Positions 30,084-39,883 of a stretch of 64,000 nucleotides of DNA are shown here, piece after piece; the first letter of the stretch is position 1; each line of letters starts with the position of its first letter. Where the stretch lies: the IMG/VR virus record IMGVR_UViG_3300031088_000737, positions 96,001-160,000 of that record, one strand, 5' to 3'. Source of the DNA: a virus. The notes under the pieces are model-generated. The model had not been told where the DNA came from, made no database searches, and saw only the letters and a list, made by a program, of their open reading frames with translations. A program made the position numbers and the translations under genes.

Positions 30084-31151
30084 ATGAGAAAAACAATTTT
30101 GGCACTCGCTATATTGAGTGGCATCTCTTTACAAGCGAATGCTCAATTGTCTGGTGATGATTTAATGGATATTACAGATATTCTTAATGATACACCTACC
30201 GCAACTGCAAAAACACCAGAAAAAACAAAACCTGTTGAACAGAAAAAAGCGGAGCCTGTCAAAGCAGAAAAGAAAACCACTACACCTGTAGTCGAAACAA
30301 AAACTTCAAAACCAGAAACAACTGCAGTGACAGATAAAGATGTAAAACCTGCTGATGTCCCTGTTGTTGAAAAGTCCAAAACTAAACCAACACTTGTCGT
30401 TCCTGTTTCTGCTACTAATTTTGTCTTGAATGTTAAACGATTAAACAAAAGTATCATCACTAAAACATTGAGTAAAGATGAAATTGGATTAGGTTTAATG
30501 ACTGATGTCGCTAATGACCATAAAACAGATAAAGAGGTTGTCGAGTTTATTGATGAAGCAAACAAAAATAAACTGGTTAGTTTTTCAAACTTTGTTGAAG
30601 AACCTAGTGTTTATGTAGGTAGTAAGACGACTGTTGATAAAGAAACAGGAAAAGCAACAGTTAAAGAAGAATTGGGTACGTTAGTCTATGGTTATGGATA
30701 TATTGTTCAAATCAAAGAATATGATAAGAAAAATAATAGAGTTTCTATTCGTTTAGATTACACTAACAAAGCAATTTCTTCTTATGAAGAACATGAGGTT
30801 GTTACTACCGAAGGTGTTTTAACTAAAGTGAAGATCCCTGTTATAAAAACATCTGTTACATCTAACGTATTCTGGATTAAACTCGAAACAGATTCCAAAC
30901 AATCTATAAAAGTAGATGACAAACATTATTTAGATATTACAATGGGTCGTGTGTTACCTTATGTTAAACCTGTTATTGCTGTTGACTTCAAAAAGATGGC
31001 GGCAGATGAAAAAGCAGCTAAGGAAGCAGAAATTAAAGCAAAACAAGATAAGATAAAAGCGGATGCGGCTGCAAAAGAAGCTGCAAAGTTAGAAGCCATT
31101 AAAGCAGAAAACAGTTTATATGATGATTTAGAAAAAGATTTGAAAAAATAA
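30084..31151 (+). CDS. Secreted protein with low-complexity linker and beta-rich core
   Basis: Signal peptide ending ANA; K/T/P/E-rich linker and an A/K-rich tail. Confidence 0.65.
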   Translation: MRKTILALAILSGISLQANAQLSGDDLMDITDILNDTPTATAKTPEKTKPVEQKKAEPVKAEKKTTTPVVETKTSKPETTAVTDKDVKPADVPVVEKSKTKPTLVVPVSATNFVLNVKRLNKSIITKTLSKDEIGLGLMTDVANDHKTDKEVVEFIDEANKNKLVSFSNFVEEPSVYVGSKTTVDKETGKATVKEELGTLVYGYGYIVQIKEYDKKNNRVSIRLDYTNKAISSYEEHEVVTTEGVLTKVKIPVIKTSVTSNVFWIKLETDSKQSIKVDDKHYLDITMGRVLPYVKPVIAVDFKKMAADEKAAKEAEIKAKQDKIKADAAAKEAAKLEAIKAENSLYDDLEKDLKK

Positions 31152-31220
31152 AATAATCGATAATAGAAAAATAAGCCTGATGGCTTATTTTTTTTGTCTT
31201 AAAATTAATATTTTCTATTT

Positions 31221-31931
31221 TTAGTAAGTGAATTTTAGTTGAAAATTAAGGCCACTGGTTTTCAATCCAGCATCTTTATTAGCTGAGTAATCATCAGCAA
31301 AAGATAAGTTTGATAATGCATAAGTAGCAATAAAACTTAAGTTATCAACCTTTGTAATATTGTTTTTATAATAAAGTCCCGACTCTTGTATTTTCTCAGT
31401 TGCCAATTGTGACTCTTTGGTATACAAACCAACATATTCATTTTTATCCAAGCTATAAAACATATCTAAATAGGTTAATGGGATAGTAGAATTAAGTGAT
31501 TCAGATCCTAATTGAGCTGTTTCAATTTCTCCAACATACTGTCTAAGACCACCACCTAAATTGACACCAAAATTGTAATTATCTGCAAATAAAGTGTAAT
31601 AACTGACTGCATCACCATATTGAAGGTTAACATCAACAAAGTTAGCTTGGTTATTGATGTAGTTTGCGTTAACTTCACCGTAATTAGTTGAATAGGCATT
31701 ACTGGTGTATTCTAATTTCAAATTAGGCATACCAACTTTTGTTTTGAGATCAAGGTAGAATGATTGAGCAATGGTGTTGTAACTTAATTTTGAATTACTG
31801 GTACCTTGTGCAGTGACATTACTTAAATTGGTTGCAGCCCCACCTTCCACTTGAATGGAATCATCAGCCATTGCGACCGTTGACAATAATCCAGCTATCG
31901 CTGCTGGTAATATTAATTTTAGGCTAAACAT
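31221..31931 (-). CDS. Outer-membrane beta-barrel protein (TIGR04219-like)
   Basis: Signal peptide, PNLKLEYT and alternating beta strands; ends FQLKFTY with a C-terminal aromatic (BAM-type signal). Confidence 0.65.
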   Translation of the reverse strand: MFSLKLILPAAIAGLLSTVAMADDSIQVEGGAATNLSNVTAQGTSNSKLSYNTIAQSFYLDLKTKVGMPNLKLEYTSNAYSTNYGEVNANYINNQANFVDVNLQYGDAVSYYTLFADNYNFGVNLGGGLRQYVGEIETAQLGSESLNSTIPLTYLDMFYSLDKNEYVGLYTKESQLATEKIQESGLYYKNNITKVDNLSFIATYALSNLSFADDYSANKDAGLKTSGLNFQLKFTY

Positions 31932-32006
31932 GGTTTACTCTTTTTATTTGTTTTTACATAGTAGACCAAAAAAAGTTATAAATCAACGTTATATGTCGTT
32001 TTTTTA

Positions 32007-32669
32007 TTAAATTTTTAATCTAGATGTTCTTTTCGTTGGAGTGTCAGAACTAATATCTGTAATTATTTTATGATCTTTTTTTAAATCCTTTTCCTTCATT
32101 TCTTCAATCCAGTTCAAAATTCTTAATTTATGTTCTGGACGTTTAAGGTTGAAGATTGGCACTTGAAAATGACAGGCTAATCGCATAGCCGTTCGAGTTC
32201 CACCTGTCCCTCTTGTCATCTCAGATAAATCGATGGCTCCATCATTGGTATAGCAAACTAAAAATTTAGAAGGATTTCTTAAGTTATCACCTAAAACTTG
32301 AAAAACATTTCTGGTGTGTAGCTTGACGGTCATTAACCCACCATCGCCACGACTGTTTAATAAATTATCCCAATCCTCATGTAAATCAAATTTTGAAACA
32401 ATATACATCGCTTCTCTGACTAATTCAGTGTCATCAATGAAGCGACCTACAATACCATCTTCTTTTCGCCAGTTTAAGCGAGGTAAAAAGATATTTGAAT
32501 AGTTAGACACACCTTTTTGAAAAGCTTCGTCAGCTCCCCATGATCCACCACTTCGTAATGTCCAGCCAGTTTTGTTGAGATAGGTGGCTAGTTCAGTCAT
32601 GATAGCTAAGTATTCAGCAGGTGTTTCTCGTGAACCTACCCCTGTATAAAATTTCTCTGGACTTGTCAT
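32007..32669 (-). CDS. SLOG/DprA-like nucleotide-binding protein
   Basis: YTGVGSRETP, LRSGG..GADEAF and GGTRTA..LA....VPIFNL. Confidence 0.75.
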   Translation of the reverse strand: MTSPEKFYTGVGSRETPAEYLAIMTELATYLNKTGWTLRSGGSWGADEAFQKGVSNYSNIFLPRLNWRKEDGIVGRFIDDTELVREAMYIVSKFDLHEDWDNLLNSRGDGGLMTVKLHTRNVFQVLGDNLRNPSKFLVCYTNDGAIDLSEMTRGTGGTRTAMRLACHFQVPIFNLKRPEHKLRILNWIEEMKEKDLKKDHKIITDISSDTPTKRTSRLKI

Positions 32670-32795
32670 AGTTTCTCAATTTGTCTATTATTACATTATA
32701 CCACAATAAAGCATGATGACCAAAATAATAAAGAGATTAAAAAGAAAAATGGCCTACTGTTTAAAGTAAGCCATTGTTTTTATTTTAAAAGCAAT

Positions 32796-33308
32796 TTAAA
32801 CGTAAGCTGCTTTTTCTTTGATGTAGTAGTCTTTAACCAACACGTACAAATTTTTACCATTTGTTTCAAGTGTTGTATCCACTTTATCTTTGTTGCTATT
32901 GATGATAACCACTGCACTGTCTTTCATAACATTAATGGTTCTGCCTAATCTTAGTTCTTGACCATCAGTAAATAAGACTTTATCACCATCAAGAACACCT
33001 TCACCATAAATAGACTTAGCTACAGACAATTGACGAAAAAAATCACGTTCAGTTGGTTTCTTTTCTCTTTTTTCAAATTTCATGTCAAAGACTTCTTCCA
33101 AATCAATTGGGTCTGGTATGACATAAATACTTTTGGATGGTGTTTTCACTACACTTAACTTTGTAGTGAGTGAATCTTCGACTTGTACATGGCCTATTTT
33201 ATTGAAGGCTTTAATAACACCTTTGTAAACAACACCATTTTCGCTTACAAAGACAGCTTCTTTTTCTTTTTCAATAACTTTACCAACAATATCGACTATT
33301 TCGTTCAT
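32796..33308 (-). CDS. Hypothetical protein, SH3/KOW-like modules
   Basis: The C-terminal half resembles the neighbouring 33414-33650 gene (D..L......L..GR....). Start chosen by the SD GGAG. Confidence 0.6.
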   Translation of the reverse strand: MNEIVDIVGKVIEKEKEAVFVSENGVVYKGVIKAFNKIGHVQVEDSLTTKLSVVKTPSKSIYVIPDPIDLEEVFDMKFEKREKKPTERDFFRQLSVAKSIYGEGVLDGDKVLFTDGQELRLGRTINVMKDSAVVIINSNKDKVDTTLETNGKNLYVLVKDYYIKEKAAYV

Positions 33309-33413
33309 AAATATCTCCATTTCATTTTGTAAAATTTTAACTTGACAAGCGGTAAATGTCAAATTATTAACACATAGCAAAAAACCCGCATCGGCGGGTC
33401 TTTGCATTAAACG

Positions 33414-33650
33414 TTAAGCAGCACGTTTTTTAACTCTGGCATAGTAGCCTTTCGAAACAAGATAAACCTGTTTATCTGACTCTTTGATGGTAAGTTCTCT
33501 TTTATTTCCCTTACCGATTACCTTCAATGATCCATCTTCTGTTATCTCCAACACTCGACCTATTTGTAAGGTTCCGTGAGTAGTAGCATACAAGATTTGA
33601 TCGTCTTTTAATAATTCCTTGCCTTTTATATCTTTAATTTCTGTATTCAT
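33414..33650 (-). CDS. Small SH3/KOW-like protein
   Basis: SD AGAGG; paralog of the C-terminal half of 32796-33308. Confidence 0.6.
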   Translation of the reverse strand: MNTEIKDIKGKELLKDDQILYATTHGTLQIGRVLEITEDGSLKVIGKGNKRELTIKESDKQVYLVSKGYYARVKKRAA

Positions 33651-33747
33651 AACATATACCTCTATCTGTTAATTGTCTAAATATTAGCATAGAATAATGA
33701 TATTGTCAAATTATGTACAATACCGTTCATCGTACAGTAATCTCGAT

Positions 33748-34629
33748 TTATTTATTTTTACCAACGAACATTCCGCAAGAAGCTTGTACATCAAAGCCTA
33801 CTTTGGGTACTACCCTATATTGAGCTGGTTTTAAAAGATCGACCAAGATAGATACGTTTCTATGTATAACAGACTCATCAGACTCTTTACCATACTTATC
33901 AGAATATGGATTGTATCTAACAATATTCAAGTTGACTTTAAGGTCAATTTTATTAATGGCTTCAGCCATATTGATCATGTCTTGTTCAGAATCATTTTCA
34001 CCTTCAATGAACGCAAAGTGTATTTTTGGCACCTTACCATTGTAATCTTGCCATTCTTTTAAAAGTTCTAAACTTCTTTCGTAAGGTAGTGCTCTAGCTA
34101 ACCATTTTTTTCTAAATTTTTCATCTGTACTGTAAAGAGAATAATAGATCTCTGGCAATGTATTTGGAAAGATATCAACTAAGGTACGATCACCCATACT
34201 TTCAGGCATGATAGTAGAAATAAGGTATTTTGCTTCCAATCCACGACTTTGAGCCATAGCCGCATAAGTCCCTAACAAACGTTCGTTATCATTAAGAACC
34301 ACTGGGTTGTTTAATGCTTCACCTCTTGCCATGAAGTTATAATGAACTAATTTTGCTTTGATTGGTTGAATATCATAATGTTCGTAAACAAGAGCAGCTT
34401 GTTTTACTAATTCTTCATAGGAAGCATTTTCAAGTTTGTTTTGACCAGTTGCGGTTAAGTGGCACATTCTACAAGCTTGATCACATCCTGATTGAGAAGA
34501 AACATAAATAATGAAATAATCATTTTCACGACGCACAAACCGAGCTTCGTATTGTCCGATTTGAGATGCGGGATAGATAATGTTTAATGATTGGTCAATT
34601 TGACTTTGTTTTTTAATAATATCGCTCAT
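33748..34629 (-). CDS. RlmN/Cfr-like radical SAM enzyme
   Basis: VSSQSGCDQACRMCH (CxxxCxxC), FMARGEA (MGMGEP-like) and a C-terminal ASCG catalytic Cys. The N-terminal RlmN domain is missing. Confidence 0.8.
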   Translation of the reverse strand: MSDIIKKQSQIDQSLNIIYPASQIGQYEARFVRRENDYFIIYVSSQSGCDQACRMCHLTATGQNKLENASYEELVKQAALVYEHYDIQPIKAKLVHYNFMARGEALNNPVVLNDNERLLGTYAAMAQSRGLEAKYLISTIMPESMGDRTLVDIFPNTLPEIYYSLYSTDEKFRKKWLARALPYERSLELLKEWQDYNGKVPKIHFAFIEGENDSEQDMINMAEAINKIDLKVNLNIVRYNPYSDKYGKESDESVIHRNVSILVDLLKPAQYRVVPKVGFDVQASCGMFVGKNK

Positions 34630-34706
34630 TCTAGAACTCCTAGTTATCTATAAATTATAACACTTTGTTTATATTTTATCAAACTAGTTTTTCAATAATT
34701 GATTGA

Positions 34707-35300
34707 TTATTTATTTTCTATTTTGTCATCAAAATAAGAGAATGGTAACAATCTAGCAATATTTTTAGCATCATCAATGCCACGGTGTTGAGTACCGATG
34801 AATTGTAATCCAGCTCGACCTAATGCACGACCTAGGCCGATTTCGCGTCCTATTTTTTGTTTTTTCGCAAACAAGTTTTTTAAATTGACACCAGAAGCAA
34901 AATGAAACCTTTGGTTATTTCGTTCACAAAACTTCTTCAATTCGTAAAAATCGTATCGGCCCCATGAACAGAATTCAGGATTAGGATATTGTATAAACCA
35001 ATCTTCGAAAGACTGATAGGCTTCTTTGTATAAGGGAGCATTATCGACATCTGATTGCTTTATTTTGGTCAACTGTTTACAAAACGCAGTCAGTTCTGAT
35101 TGGTAGTTGAGTGGTTTGATAAAAGTTTGGAATTCACCAACGATTTCAAATCGTTCGTTTACCGCAACCGCACCAATTTCAATAGGTTCTGAAAATTCAC
35201 GGTTAAAGGTTGATTGAGTGTTGGCTTGGTCATCACAAGTGGCTTCGATGTCAGTAATGATGAATGTTTTTTGAGGTGTTTCTATTATAGTATTTTTCAT
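34707..35300 (-). CDS. DEDDh 3'-5' exonuclease (ERI1/KapD-like)
   Basis: DIEATC, IEIGAV, SWGRYD and HRGIDDAKNIA motifs. Confidence 0.9.
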   Translation of the reverse strand: MKNTIIETPQKTFIITDIEATCDDQANTQSTFNREFSEPIEIGAVAVNERFEIVGEFQTFIKPLNYQSELTAFCKQLTKIKQSDVDNAPLYKEAYQSFEDWFIQYPNPEFCSWGRYDFYELKKFCERNNQRFHFASGVNLKNLFAKKQKIGREIGLGRALGRAGLQFIGTQHRGIDDAKNIARLLPFSYFDDKIENK

Positions 35301-35307
35301 GGCGATG

Positions 35308-35336
35308 ATTATAACATTGTTTGTTTAAAAAAGCAA
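35308..35336 (-). promoter_or_regulatory. Promoter TTGCTT-N17-TATAAT (extended -10), 7 nt before the ATG
   Basis: Read directly; no SD lies between the promoter and the ATG at 35300. Confidence 0.6.
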
Positions 35337-35430
35337 CATTTTAAATTCATTTTTTTTTAACATTTTTTTTGACAAATTATGAATTTCGATTATCATATAA
35401 AGGATTTTTATTGACATTAAGGAGATTAAT

Positions 35431-36177
35431 ATGAATACAACAACTATACAAGAAAAACCTAATTTAATGGCTTGGTTTTTTACTTTATTTCTCAGTCTTT
35501 CAGGAACGTTAGGAATTATTTACGCTCTATCTATGTTCCTTGATGGAATTAATACCTACAGACTTAAAAGCGAAGGTTTTGATTTGACAATAAGTTTAAT
35601 CAAAGCAGATCCTATGTATTTCTTTTCGCTCGGCTTTCTTGTTCTAGCTTTAGTAATTACGTTTATTTTCTTTGCTCTTGCTATTTTTAAAGAAAATATT
35701 AAATCATATTCTAATAAATTTTTAATATCTATTTCAATAGTAATGGCAATCTTTGCTGTTTTTGTAGTTAAATTTGAAACTAAAAATGAATTGTTGGTTA
35801 ATTTTAGTGAAGAAGTTTATAATAATATTGCAAAACAATATGAAGATCCAGCTATATTTACTAATTCGACCCCTGCAAAAGAATTCAAGTTAGCTTTAGA
35901 TAATAACAATTTTGAAGCACTTAAACCTTATATCAACAATCCAAAAAACATTAGAGGTCTAAGCGAAGCTGACATGTTTAATAAGCTGTTAACGGTTCAA
36001 AACATCTCTAACCAATCAGTAAGAAATGAATTTGATTCTATCTATGCTGATCGTTATATCACCATTGAAGAATATAACAAATTTAAAAATAATGCAACTA
36101 ACAGTATTCTGCATTCATTAACAGCCGAGATTAAATCAAACACTGATAATGATAAAATTTTGGCAGCCAATCTTTAA
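35431..36177 (+). CDS. Membrane protein (3 TM segments plus soluble domain)
   Basis: SD AAGGAG; hydrophobic N-terminal half. Confidence 0.7.
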   Translation: MNTTTIQEKPNLMAWFFTLFLSLSGTLGIIYALSMFLDGINTYRLKSEGFDLTISLIKADPMYFFSLGFLVLALVITFIFFALAIFKENIKSYSNKFLISISIVMAIFAVFVVKFETKNELLVNFSEEVYNNIAKQYEDPAIFTNSTPAKEFKLALDNNNFEALKPYINNPKNIRGLSEADMFNKLLTVQNISNQSVRNEFDSIYADRYITIEEYNKFKNNATNSILHSLTAEIKSNTDNDKILAANL

Positions 36178-36238
36178 TTATAAATAAGCAGACAATAAAA
36201 AACCACTTTCCAGTGGTTTTTTTACTTTCGTAGATTAC

Positions 36239-37369
36239 TTATTTTTCATTGTATTCAGCTTTCAGTTGTTCATACAATTTTTCAATATCAGACAATTCAC
36301 TGGCAGTGTTGTTAAATTTGACAATTTTACCAAAGTGTACACTGGCAATGGCTGACTTGATTTGTGCTTTTTTAGCTCCATTACTTTTCATGTGTTTGAT
36401 ACGGTTCTCAGCGACAACTGGATCGATGTTTCTGAATTCGACCAAACGAGCATGGCGAACAGACTCTTCTGCATCAACCAGAATGACATGGTTATTGCAA
36501 AGGTTTAGCATATCACTTTCCACCAGCAACGCAGAGTTAATCAGTACAATACCTTTTTTACCACGAAGTTCTTTACGAAGTAGAACCATTACAGGTTCTT
36601 TGAAGATTTCATTCAAGAAGTCAACGTGTTCTTTACTGTCTTCTGTACCAAAAGCAATTTGACCAATTTTAGCACGGTCAAGTGTGCCGAAACGTTTACG
36701 AATGCGTTCACGAATTTCTTTGTAACGTGGTTTATCTGAACTGTATACTTGATGTGCAAGCTTATCTAGCTCGATGTTAAATACCAGTGGATTATCTTCG
36801 GATTCGGCATGTTGTTTTTCAGAGAACAATGCGAGTTGGTCAGCCACATACGACTTACCAGAACCCATTACACCCGTAATACCATAGACCAGTTGACTTG
36901 AAATTTTACGTTCAAGCAGTTTTTTAACTGGGAGTGGAACATACTCATGAATCAGACCATTCTCAGCTTGAATTGCTTTGACATTGCTAGAACTCACATG
37001 AGCGAGTTTAGAGCGTGAAAACATAAAGAAAGTATCAATATCCATTTGAGAACCGTTGATCTGATCAAGGGCTTGTTCATCCACAGCATCAGAAGCATTT
37101 CGAATGCCACGAACAATAATGCTTGCACCTTGTTCAAAAGCAAAGTCAACCAACAGACCTTCAAAGAACATAACGGTGACGTTATCCAGATGGGACAGCG
37201 ATTGCTTGGCAACGGTCAAACGCTCATCAGGGGTTAGCATATACTTTTTGTTAGGGTTTACACCTAGACCCACAATAAGCTTGTCAAAGCCTGCCGCAGC
37301 ACGGTTAATGATGTCAATATGACCGAAGGTGATAGGGTCGCCAGATAGTGCGTAAACAGCAGTAGTCAT
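36239..37369 (-). CDS. coaD-coaE: Phosphopantetheine adenylyltransferase (CoaD) fused to dephospho-CoA kinase (CoaE)
   Basis: N-terminal half has SGDPITFGHIDII, IVRGIR and VSSSNVK. C-terminal half has GITGVMGSGKS (P-loop), LDRAKIGQIAF and LLVES..L.LC..VILVDA. Confidence 0.88.
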   Translation of the reverse strand: MTTAVYALSGDPITFGHIDIINRAAAGFDKLIVGLGVNPNKKYMLTPDERLTVAKQSLSHLDNVTVMFFEGLLVDFAFEQGASIIVRGIRNASDAVDEQALDQINGSQMDIDTFFMFSRSKLAHVSSSNVKAIQAENGLIHEYVPLPVKKLLERKISSQLVYGITGVMGSGKSYVADQLALFSEKQHAESEDNPLVFNIELDKLAHQVYSSDKPRYKEIRERIRKRFGTLDRAKIGQIAFGTEDSKEHVDFLNEIFKEPVMVLLRKELRGKKGIVLINSALLVESDMLNLCNNHVILVDAEESVRHARLVEFRNIDPVVAENRIKHMKSNGAKKAQIKSAIASVHFGKIVKFNNTASELSDIEKLYEQLKAEYNEK

Positions 37370-37441
37370 GATATGTCTCTCCAATTTGTTTATTAAAAAA
37401 TGCTCTCTTTCGAGTGCATTGTTTTTTCTGTTAAATCGTGG

Positions 37442-37612
37442 TTATTGAGTTTTAATTTTTCTTTGACTTTGTTTTTTGTGTTTTCCATTGTCTTTTAACT
37501 CTTCAATTGCTCTTTGACTTTTCACAACTCTTTCTTTGGAGTGGAAGTAATCATCAGCAGCAAGTTCATCAAGTCTGTCAAGGTCAATGTCCTTCACATC
37601 AATTTTACTCAT
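37442..37612 (-). CDS. 56-aa charged protein (not in the ORF track)
   Basis: SD GAGGA; MSKIDVKDIDLDRLDELAADDYFHSKERVV..., followed by a terminator. Confidence 0.6.
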   Translation of the reverse strand: MSKIDVKDIDLDRLDELAADDYFHSKERVVKSQRAIEELKDNGKHKKQSQRKIKTQ

Positions 37613-37708
37613 AGATTTTCCTCATTTATAGCCTTTTAAAAGGCTTCGAAATGATTCGCTTCCTTTTATATTATATTACACTACTTAGATATTTAATTCA
37701 ATACCTTT

Positions 37709-38086
37709 CTAATGGAATATCTTACTAATAATGCTTGAAAAACCTAATCTTCTATTTTGACTCAACGCTAATTTAATCTCACTCAAAATATCTTCATATT
37801 CTTTATATTTTGGCTCTTTATCTGTCTTTATTATAGCACACATTATACCTAGAATGCCACTAATAATTTCAGAATCTGAAAAACCTTGTAATAAAGTACC
37901 TTCGTCAGTCTTGGTGACGGTGATGTGAACAATGCTCATACAACCAGATATCTTGTTGTTGTGGGTTCGCTCAGCTTCTGGTAAGATATTGAGATCTCTT
38001 TTTCTGGATAATATGTAGTCATACAACAATTCGTCATCATTGCTGTAGGTTTGCAGTTCGCTTAATATTTTCTCTTTTGGTGTCAT
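37709..38086 (-). CDS. sufE: SufE/CsdE-like sulfur-acceptor protein
   Basis: NKISGCMS.V.I (acceptor Cys), GFSDSEIISGILGI and LSQNRRLGF. Confidence 0.8.
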   Translation of the reverse strand: MTPKEKILSELQTYSNDDELLYDYILSRKRDLNILPEAERTHNNKISGCMSIVHITVTKTDEGTLLQGFSDSEIISGILGIMCAIIKTDKEPKYKEYEDILSEIKLALSQNRRLGFSSIISKIFH

Positions 38087-38169
38087 TAATGAGTTCCTTA
38101 TAGAATGCTATAAGTTTACCGCTTTAAAAAAATTAATCAATTGTAAAAAAAATAAAGCACCTGAGTGCT

Positions 38170-38319
38170 TTATCTTTGTTCCATCTTATAATAACTTTCT
38201 TTTTTACGTTTGTTCTCTATTGATTCCATCTTATTGTACGGTGTAGCTGGAAAGAAAGATTCAAAAATTTTACTTATAAAGTCACAAACATAGTTTGTTT
38301 CTTTTTCTTGGCGTTTCAT
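38170..38319 (-). CDS. Small hypothetical protein
   Basis: SD AGGAG before MKRQ. Confidence 0.5.
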   Translation of the reverse strand: MKRQEKETNYVCDFISKIFESFFPATPYNKMESIENKRKKESYYKMEQR

Positions 38320-38487
38320 TTTAAAGCTCCTAATTGTATATCTATTTATCAACGATATTACCATTTAGGCAAAAAACTGTCAAGTATATTGCACATATAT
38401 ATTTAATTGAACGATACTGTCTTGTCTAGTTTTTTGTTTTTGCCCATGTTAAACTCCTGTAAAATAAGAATATTACTATTTATATCT

Positions 38488-39117
38488 TTAATTCAGCTTT
38501 AAATTGTTGTTGGTATTTTCAATAATGTACCGTTTGTATTCTTCATCAATTAATGCCTCTATTTTACTGTCTTCATAAGTGATTGTTACTCTCTCATTTG
38601 AATCAGAGAAATTAGTTCCGCAGTTAATGTAGACTGTACGATTTTCTTTAATTATTTTTTTGATATGAAAAGCAGCGTCGAAAAAGTTATATTGACCTAA
38701 ACCATATTTATGTCTTAATGAATCCATTGTAATGTCTGCTACATCACAAGCATCTGTAACATAATTTTTATACACTATTTTGTAAATAGTTCCACTTTCT
38801 TTTGTTGCGTAAACAGTTATTTTATTAGTTTTCAATATATTACTATCAGCGTTATCACTGGCAACGCTTGCAGTGAGAAGGTTATATTTAATATCTCTAA
38901 AATTGTAAGTGTCAAGTCCTTTCAATTCTGTATTTTTTGATAATGTATCAATATTATCACCTAGATTAACACCATATATACCACCGATAGGTTCATTTTT
39001 TGTGACTTCTGATTGGAGTCTATTAAGTCGATTGATACCATATCCTATTGTGATGATAGCTAAAAATACTACAAACAAACTCATCCCAGTGATAATAACT
39101 TTTTCTCTTGATATCAT
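38488..39117 (-). CDS. Membrane-anchored hypothetical protein
   Basis: TTGACA-N17-TATTAT promoter, SD CAGGAG and an N-terminal TM helix. Confidence 0.7.
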   Translation of the reverse strand: MISREKVIITGMSLFVVFLAIITIGYGINRLNRLQSEVTKNEPIGGIYGVNLGDNIDTLSKNTELKGLDTYNFRDIKYNLLTASVASDNADSNILKTNKITVYATKESGTIYKIVYKNYVTDACDVADITMDSLRHKYGLGQYNFFDAAFHIKKIIKENRTVYINCGTNFSDSNERVTITYEDSKIEALIDEEYKRYIIENTNNNLKLN

Positions 39118-39196
39118 GTTAAACTCCTGTAAAAAAGTCAATAATACTACTTATATAATTTTTTGTCAATGAAACAAAAAAAGAACCATCAGGTTC

Positions 39197-39799
39197 TTAT
39201 TGTATTTGGTAGGATGTATAGAAACTGCTGTAAGTGTCAAGGGCTTTAACATCACATGGACTGATATAGATTTCTTTATCAACTTTAATGGGTGTAGCAA
39301 TTTCATACACTAAGTATCCATTATTAATATTGAAGACTTGTTCATATTCGTAACCTTCTCTATGCGTGATATTGAATACATAATCAGCGTTGCTGTCTTT
39401 AATAGAATCTCGATGTATCCATTTATCTACATAGTTAGTATTTTTATCGTTTGTTTTTTTACCTGTCATGCTGAAAATTCGGTTTTCAGCTTCATTGTAA
39501 TATTTAATTTCTGTAAACTGAGGGTCTTTACACATGAATAGCTTACAAGTCGTACATGGATAAGTTTTACATTCTTCTACACCATCAATTTTACCTGTTA
39601 ACAGAACAGATTTATTTTTTTGGCTTTTAAATTTTAAGATTTCTACTTCATCATATTTGAAATGTTTAACAAAACCAACACCGCAAGATAACTTTGTAAA
39701 GTCAAATGATGTTGTTTTACTTGGGGTGGAACACCCTGTTACTGTTAAAAATGCAAAAGTGATTAGCAAGGGATTTAAAAATCCTTTAACTATTTTCAT
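39197..39799 (-). CDS. Putative lipoprotein
   Basis: Lipobox LTVTG-C; Cys-rich mature part. Confidence 0.65.
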   Translation of the reverse strand: MKIVKGFLNPLLITFAFLTVTGCSTPSKTTSFDFTKLSCGVGFVKHFKYDEVEILKFKSQKNKSVLLTGKIDGVEECKTYPCTTCKLFMCKDPQFTEIKYYNEAENRIFSMTGKKTNDKNTNYVDKWIHRDSIKDSNADYVFNITHREGYEYEQVFNINNGYLVYEIATPIKVDKEIYISPCDVKALDTYSSFYTSYQIQ

Positions 39800-39883
39800 T
39801 TTGATACTCGTTTATTGTTTTGAGTTATTATACAACAAACTGAAATTATATCAATTAGACTTGCCTATTATTTTAAAAATATT

